IMG/VR virus record: IMGVR_UViG_3300023273_000426
Coordinates: 9,461-73,460 of that record
Length of the DNA stretch: 64,000 nucleotides
DNA from: a virus
Reading direction: 5' to 3' (one strand)
Under the pieces are notes generated by a model that saw only the letters and a program-made list of their open reading frames with translations, made no database searches and was not told where the DNA came from. The position numbers and the translations under genes were made by a program. This document shows, in pieces, positions 59,139 through 64,000 of the stretch; position 1 is the stretch's first letter, and every line of letters starts with the position of its first letter.

Positions 59139-59172
59139 AAAAAAAGGCCTACCGCATCAGTGGGTAGACCTT
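59139..59172 (-). terminator. intrinsic terminator closing the candidate ncRNA
   Basis: AAGGUCUACC...GGUAGGCCUU followed by a U tract. The stem contains a G-U pair that is valid only on the minus strand. Confidence 0.75.
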
Positions 59173-59391
59173 CTCTATAATATATGATAGGGAGGATTAC
59201 ATTCTACCTCCAACAACCTAGTAAGTATTTTATACATTCGGTTGCGCCTAGTATCAGATAGTTATATCCAAAATACGCATCTTCATGTCTCCATGCTCAT
59301 ACGCTGCCACTACAGCTACTAGCCAAGTTATCGTCCTTACGAAACAACATTTCCTTGCACTATCTAACTAAAGACCGTCGTCTTTGTTATG
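59140..59391 (-). ncRNA. candidate structured non-coding RNA (about 250 nt), family not recognised
   Basis: No ORF of 60 aa or more. Upstream promoter, downstream terminator, and several nested stems including a GAGA tetraloop hairpin. Confidence 0.55.
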
Positions 59392-59396
59392 TAACT

Positions 59397-59424
59397 AATA
59401 TAACATATAAAAAAAGAAAGTCAA
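59397..59424 (-). promoter_or_regulatory. sigma70-like promoter driving the candidate ncRNA
   Basis: TTGACT-16 nt-TATATT with TGn extension, the same -10 as other early promoters here. Confidence 0.6.
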
Positions 59425-59627
59425 CCAGTTTTTTCTATTTTTCTAAGATTTGATGCATATTTTTTTCCATTTGATAATATTTCGTCGTATTCAACTACAT
59501 CACCTAATAATGCTTTAAAATCTTTTGTTTCAAAAAGAACATCGTACAATTCCGGACCCCATTCTTTAGGTCTTATTATACTATACTTTCTTTTTTTGTT
59601 GTATTTTATTATTTGTCCTATTGGCAT
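59421..59627 (-). CDS. cold-shock-domain-like (OB fold) small basic protein
   Basis: 68 aa following the Csp layout: G.I.KYN.KRKYSII.P...DVLF...GDVVEY....GKKYASNL. Confidence 0.55.
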   Translation of the reverse strand: MPIGQIIKYNKKRKYSIIRPKEWGPELYDVLFETKDFKALLGDVVEYDEILSNGKKYASNLRKIEKTG

Positions 59628-59657
59628 ATTATATTACTCCATGCAAATAGTTATCAT

Positions 59658-59684
59658 AAAAATAGACCCCGTAGGGTCTATTTT
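59658..59684. terminator. terminator after the major capsid gene
   Basis: AAAATAGACCC-CGTA-GGGTCTATTTT inverted repeat. Confidence 0.8.
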
Positions 59685-59704
59685 CGTTTTAGTTAAGTTT
59701 AAAC

Positions 59705-60874
59705 TTACGAGAAGCTTAGGTTGTTTGCAGTTACTTCTACTTTTTCCAAGTAGTCAGCTGCGTTACCTAGAGACGAAGCAGTGTTCGATAGCTCAACATA
59801 TCCATAACGTGTCATGAACGAAACTGTTGGTTCGAATGTACTTGGATCTAGGACAACACCTGAAGACATAAGTGGGATGTATGGGCAATAGAATGCTGCT
59901 GCATCTGATTCACTTGTACCTTTGTAACCAACTAATACATCATCATCTGATGCATATGTGTTTACATAGATCTTCATTGCGTTGTTCAATGTACCAACCA
60001 TTTTAGTGTTAGTTGGTGCTTCAAAAGTACCTTCAGTTGTACGTGCAAATGCTGAAGTTGTAGCACTTTGTAGAACTGTTAGGATTGCTGGTGATACAAC
60101 TGCCCAGTTACCTGCGCCACGACGTGTACGCTGTGCGATGCGGTTAGCTGCACGGTTAACTAGTACTGCAAGTGCAGCATGTTCGTCACCAACAAAAGTT
60201 GCTGTACCACTAACTGCTGCTTGGTCAAATGTATCTGTACCTGTACCAGCTAGTGTGTTAAGAGATGCTAGGACCTCTTGGTCGATCTCAGCAGTAATCT
60301 CTTGAGCAAGTGCTGCCATGATTTCTGCTTCAACGTCGATGCCGTGCTGCGACTGTGCGTCTTGTGCGGCTTCGAATGTCCAACGTGCTGATAGCTTACG
60401 TGTTTTAGCTTCAACAGTTTGCTTTAAGATTTGAATTGACAAACGGTTACCCGCTGCGCCTTCAAGTGAAGCTGTTGGTGCTGGTGCATTTGTACCGTCA
60501 CCTGAATATGCTTCAGCAATCTTAAATGGACTTAGTGCTTCTTCACCAGCTATTGCACCGCTTGCGCCTGTGCCTACTGTGTCGCTATAGCGAACACGTA
60601 GCGTGTGAATCTGGCCAACTGGGCCAGTCATTGGTTGTACGCCTACAATCTCGTTTGCGATGACTGTTGGCATAACACGTCTGATCACTGGAAGGATCAC
60701 ACGGTTTAGTGTTGCGATGTTACCGGCAGATGTAGCACCCGCAGTTGCAGTTTCAGCCAAATACCTACGGGTATTTTCTAGGGTTGAAGCCATTACTGCT
60801 TTCTTATTGCCTTGAAGGCCTTCAAGAAGTGCTGACTTGGTATCATTCCAACGACTTTCTAGTAGTTCTGACAT
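59705..60874 (-). CDS. gp23: major capsid protein
   Basis: LENTRR, PVIRRVMP, GVQPMTGPVGQI, EAKTRKL.ARWT.EAAQD..HG.D.EAE...EITAEID.E, FYCPYIPL and TRYG motifs. Confidence 0.96.
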   Translation of the reverse strand: MSELLESRWNDTKSALLEGLQGNKKAVMASTLENTRRYLAETATAGATSAGNIATLNRVILPVIRRVMPTVIANEIVGVQPMTGPVGQIHTLRVRYSDTVGTGASGAIAGEEALSPFKIAEAYSGDGTNAPAPTASLEGAAGNRLSIQILKQTVEAKTRKLSARWTFEAAQDAQSQHGIDVEAEIMAALAQEITAEIDQEVLASLNTLAGTGTDTFDQAAVSGTATFVGDEHAALAVLVNRAANRIAQRTRRGAGNWAVVSPAILTVLQSATTSAFARTTEGTFEAPTNTKMVGTLNNAMKIYVNTYASDDDVLVGYKGTSESDAAAFYCPYIPLMSSGVVLDPSTFEPTVSFMTRYGYVELSNTASSLGNAADYLEKVEVTANNLSFS

Positions 60875-60887
60875 TGGTATCTCCTTA

Positions 60888-61982
60888 TTATAATCCAGCT
60901 AGACGTTTAAGATCAACTACGTTTGAGTCGATTGCGTCTGCTTTGATGTCATTGTGTTGTGTTCGGTTGCCTGTTACTTCTTTTGCCTCTGATAGTACTG
61001 CCTTCTTCTTCGCTGGAGTATTACCGTCTATTACCGCCGGCAGGTATTTGTCAAACGATGCTCGTAAACGAGATGTTTGAACTGATTCCAGTAAGTCTGT
61101 CATAATGTCACGTTGGTCGTTGCTCAATGGCGAAACCAATGCATTAATAGTGTCTTTGCGGGTGTTTGATTCGTTAATCGATTTAACTTCGATTGACTTT
61201 GCTTCCGCAAGTTTGATCGCTTTAGCCGCTGCTTGACGTGCTTCTACAATTTGTTTGTTTTTTGTATCTACAACTTTAAGCAGTTTTGATGTTTCTGAAC
61301 TTTCATTCAAATAACTGTGTTGATATTCGTTAGCAAATGCTTCGAATAGCTTACGGCCAAAATCATTTTCACGTGCTTGATCAATATCTTCTTTTAGTGC
61401 CGAAATTTCTTTCTTAAGTCCTTTTGACACTGCTTCTGATACTAATGCTGCACTTTTCTTAATAAAGTCAGTTTTAACTTTATTAACATGTGCTTTGCCT
61501 TCACGTACTAAACGTACTTTTGTTTCGGCAAGATCTTTTTTATCTTCATAAAACTCTGCAAGTTCTTTTGCAAGTGATTCAACTACAAACTCTTCTAGAG
61601 CAACAAACTTGTCTTTTGTTACTTTTTGATCTGCGTGTAGTTCCTTGATTTCTTTTGCTAGTTGTTCACTAACAAATGATTTCATTAAATTGGCATTTTT
61701 ACGCTGTGCAACTGCAAACTTAGCTTTTGCTTCTGCTAGTTGTTTGCGGTCATCGTGGAACTCTGCAATTTCTTCTGCTAGTTTTTCACTGAGCATAGCA
61801 TCAATGGCTTCCACCATTGTTGTTTTGTCATGTGCATATTTTTTAGCAAATTCTTCGCGTAGTTCCGCAGTGGCTTGAAGTTTATTTTCTTCAACTTTAG
61901 CGTTCCATGCTTCCTCTAGTTCTGAACGCACTTCTTCCGATAGTGCTGAGTTTTCGAAGAGTGATTTAAGTGAGTCTAACAT
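60888..61982 (-). CDS. gp22: prohead scaffolding/core protein
   Basis: 364 aa coiled-coil between the protease and the major capsid gene. Confidence 0.8.
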   Translation of the reverse strand: MLDSLKSLFENSALSEEVRSELEEAWNAKVEENKLQATAELREEFAKKYAHDKTTMVEAIDAMLSEKLAEEIAEFHDDRKQLAEAKAKFAVAQRKNANLMKSFVSEQLAKEIKELHADQKVTKDKFVALEEFVVESLAKELAEFYEDKKDLAETKVRLVREGKAHVNKVKTDFIKKSAALVSEAVSKGLKKEISALKEDIDQARENDFGRKLFEAFANEYQHSYLNESSETSKLLKVVDTKNKQIVEARQAAAKAIKLAEAKSIEVKSINESNTRKDTINALVSPLSNDQRDIMTDLLESVQTSRLRASFDKYLPAVIDGNTPAKKKAVLSEAKEVTGNRTQHNDIKADAIDSNVVDLKRLAGL

Positions 61983-61999
61983 TTTATCTCCTCTCCTAG

Positions 62000-62623
62000 T
62001 TAGCGGAGTTTGCTTATTACATCTAATAAGCTCTCTTTTAAATATTTTTGTGCCTGTTTATCGCCTTGTACTTCCCTAGATGTTAGGAACGCCTTATAAC
62101 CGCCTCGGGTGTTCATAAGGTGTTCGTAAATTGGTGTTGGGTAGGCGCCCGGAGCACTTGGCTGGGCAACTACATCTACTGTTATAATCTCAAAATCGGA
62201 AACTTCGCCATTGCCACTTTCGCTGACATTGCCGCTACCTCTCGATGAAACACCTAGTTTAACACCTGCTTCAAGCATTGTTTTAACTAGTTGTCCCATC
62301 GGAGTTGGTAGTATTTTTAGTTTACCGTAACCGTTTGGGCCATCCATCCACATTTCTGTAATCATATGGCTTACACGGTCAATGTTAATGTTAAGTCCTT
62401 CTGGATGATCTACTTCGCCTAGTACTGAAAAACCATTGCTAATCTGCTCGTTGAGCGTGGTGACAGCCCTGCCAATTTCGTTAACGGGATATACACGTTG
62501 ATTTGCGTTGCGTACTCCGCCTTGAATGCAAATACCTTTCATAAAAAGATCTTTGCCTTCATTAGCAGACTCAACAATCACTTTAGCTTGGTCAAAACTC
62601 AAACTTTCACTTAGTAAATTCAT
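62000..62623 (-). CDS. gp21: prohead protease
   Basis: NANQRVYP, LGEVDHP, TPMG, GVSSRGSG and D.VAQPSAP.A motifs. Confidence 0.93.
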   Translation of the reverse strand: MNLLSESLSFDQAKVIVESANEGKDLFMKGICIQGGVRNANQRVYPVNEIGRAVTTLNEQISNGFSVLGEVDHPEGLNINIDRVSHMITEMWMDGPNGYGKLKILPTPMGQLVKTMLEAGVKLGVSSRGSGNVSESGNGEVSDFEIITVDVVAQPSAPGAYPTPIYEHLMNTRGGYKAFLTSREVQGDKQAQKYLKESLLDVISKLR

Positions 62624-62633
62624 ACTTCAGTCC

Positions 62634-63662
62634 TTACTTCGCTCTTTTTGGAGCGCCATTTAAAGGTGAACCTGCGCCTGCGTCTTGGTTAGGTGCAGCA
62701 CCTTTCTTCTCGGCACCGTGGCCGGGTCGGGTTGACATTTTTGTCGCCCCTTTAGCACCAGGAACATTTACGTTCTTGGTATTCATATCTTTTGGTGTTG
62801 GAGCAGCTAGACCACCTTGTGTTCCGCCTGTTCCGCCGTCGCCACCTTTAACTATGTTAGCACTTGTGCCACCCATGTTGTTTGGTTTTGCTGTTGGTGA
62901 TTTTGCATTTGCGCCATTGTCGCCCATTTTTGCTGGTGCTACTTTGTCTGCATATTCACGCATTAGTTCTGAATTTGACTTTGGAAGTTTTGATTCTTCA
63001 ACTTCGTCTGTTGCTTCTTCAACTTCTTCGTCATCTGATTCAAAAGCATAGGCTTCTTCTTCTGGTTCTTCTGCATCCATATCCATTGGCATTTCGCCGC
63101 CGTCCATGTCCATGTCCATGTCGCCTGCTTCGTCGTCATCTTCGTCGCCTTCGTCACCCATCATATCTGCAAATTCTGCTTTAAGTGCTTCTAGTTCGTC
63201 TTCTAGGTCTGCAACACGATCTTCAACGTCACCGTCTTCGTCGCCCATGCCCATGTCATCAGCGCCTTCTTCGTCGCCCATGCCCATGTCCATGTCCATA
63301 TCACCATCGTCTGCGCTTGGCATCTCGATGTCCATTCCTAGCTCGTCTGCTGGATCTCCACCTTCAGGGAACATACCTTCATCAACTTCATCATCAGTTG
63401 CTTCGTCTAGGTCTTCGTCTGACTCGTCAACTTCTTCATCAGTTGCTTCGTCTAGGTCTTCGTCTGATTCATCTACTTCTTCGTCAGTAGCTTCATCAAC
63501 TTCTTCATCAGTTGTTTCTTCTACTTCTTCGTCTTCTAGTAGTGATTCATAAATATCTCTTGATTTTTCCACTACAATTTCGTGGAACAATGCTTCTGCA
63601 CCTTCTTTGTCTTCGTTTACAAGACGCTCAAGCATTTCTTCAAACTTGTTGCGATCAGTCAT
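62634..63662 (-). CDS. highly acidic prohead core/internal protein
   Basis: D/E-rich low-complexity protein upstream of the protease. N-terminal A..LFHEIVVEKSRDIYE. AAGGAG RBS before ATG 63662. Confidence 0.7.
   Translation of the reverse strand: MTDRNKFEEMLERLVNEDKEGAEALFHEIVVEKSRDIYESLLEDEEVEETTDEEVDEATDEEVDESDEDLDEATDEEVDESDEDLDEATDDEVDEGMFPEGGDPADELGMDIEMPSADDGDMDMDMGMGDEEGADDMGMGDEDGDVEDRVADLEDELEALKAEFADMMGDEGDEDDDEAGDMDMDMDGGEMPMDMDAEEPEEEAYAFESDDEEVEEATDEVEESKLPKSNSELMREYADKVAPAKMGDNGANAKSPTAKPNNMGGTSANIVKGGDGGTGGTQGGLAAPTPKDMNTKNVNVPGAKGATKMSTRPGHGAEKKGAAPNQDAGAGSPLNGAPKRAK
63391..63467. repeat. 45-bp-period tandem repeat in the acidic prohead gene
   Basis: tcatcagttgcttcgtctaggtcttcgtctga at 63391-63422 and 63436-63467. 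Confidence 0.8.
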
Positions 63663-63724
63663 GTCATTCTCCTTTATTGTCAAGGCTGTCTATTATATTT
63701 ACACTTTATTTAAAATATACGCTG

Positions 63725-63750
63725 AAAATGGGCTCAAAACGGCCCATTTT
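63725..63750. terminator. hairpin/terminator
   Basis: AAAATGGGC...GCCCATTTT inverted repeat. Confidence 0.55.
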
Positions 63751-63756
63751 ATTTTT

Positions 63757-63999
63757 TTATTGAAAAATTTTATTAAAATCTTCATATGTTATATGTGATA
63801 AGTTAGATAAATCCTTTAAATGATCTGGAATATAATCCTCCATTGAGCTCATCACTCGGTAGTATTTAGTCTTTGGATGTTGATTTATACACATCATTGT
63901 TTGTCTTTGCCAGTTACCATAATACGTTGCTCTGTCGTTTACGTTCTTATAGTTTCTACTACCTGCATATACATTATTAACTAGTTGATTATCTTTTCC
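63757..63999 (-). CDS. 3' end of a gene entering from the right edge (hypothetical)
   Basis: Open frame GKDNQLVNNVYAGSRNYK...TYYGNWQRQ...ITYEDFNKIFQ*. Confidence 0.6.
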   Translation of the reverse strand, partial: GKDNQLVNNVYAGSRNYKNVNDRATYYGNWQRQTMMCINQHPKTKYYRVMSSMEDYIPDHLKDLSNLSHITYEDFNKIFQ

Positions 64000-64000
64000 T

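Noticed and set aside
59255-59350. CGAAAC on the plus strand and CTGATA on the minus strand suggested a hammerhead ribozyme
   Set aside because: There is no CUGAnGA and GAAA pair in the correct order on one strand.
59180-59370. tRNA, tmRNA or RNase P identity for the candidate RNA
   Set aside because: There is no TTCRA T-loop, CCA end, GGGG 5' end or GAGGAAAGTCC motif. It is kept as an unclassified ncRNA.
63100-63540. Short periodic repeats resembling a CRISPR array
   Set aside because: They are codon-level repeats of an acidic low-complexity protein, with no unique spacers and no cas genes.
1-64000. Stop-codon reassignment, introns or active inteins in terminase, helicase or UvsX
   Set aside because: Core genes are full-length and uninterrupted in the standard code, and no such insertions are visible.

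Overview
This 64 kb window is an AT-rich, gene-dense segment of a large T4-like (myovirus) bacteriophage genome, read in the standard genetic code and mostly on the minus strand. From right to left it holds a head module (acidic prohead protein, gp21 protease, gp22 scaffold, gp23 major capsid), a cold-shock-like gene, and a promoter- and terminator-bounded ORF-free structured RNA candidate. Next come two giant fibre or virion proteins (3133 aa, and about 3612 aa with a C-terminal peptidase S74 chaperone), an unannotated 58-aa gp38-like mini-adhesin, and two glycosyltransferase-like genes. These are followed by neck and tail genes (gp13, gp14, gp15, gp18 sheath, gp19 tube, gp4), the large terminase, and replication/recombination genes (gp32, uvsX, uvsY, uvsW). 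An 8.7 kb glycan-biosynthesis cluster encodes a nucleotide-sugar dehydrogenase, an epimerase, a nucleotidyltransferase-cupin fusion, FkbM methyltransferases and six glycosyltransferase-like ORFs. The main leads are: (1) a late-expressed glycosylation system that may modify the virion or fibre tip; (2) an A9 slippery site that would fuse two glycosyltransferases in the -1 frame; (3) a structured ncRNA of about 250 nt next to a cold-shock-domain gene; (4) a shared LAG(L) motif that may target proteins to the prohead; (5) late promoters placed to give leaderless mRNAs. All product calls come from motif recognition and gene order; no database searches were run.
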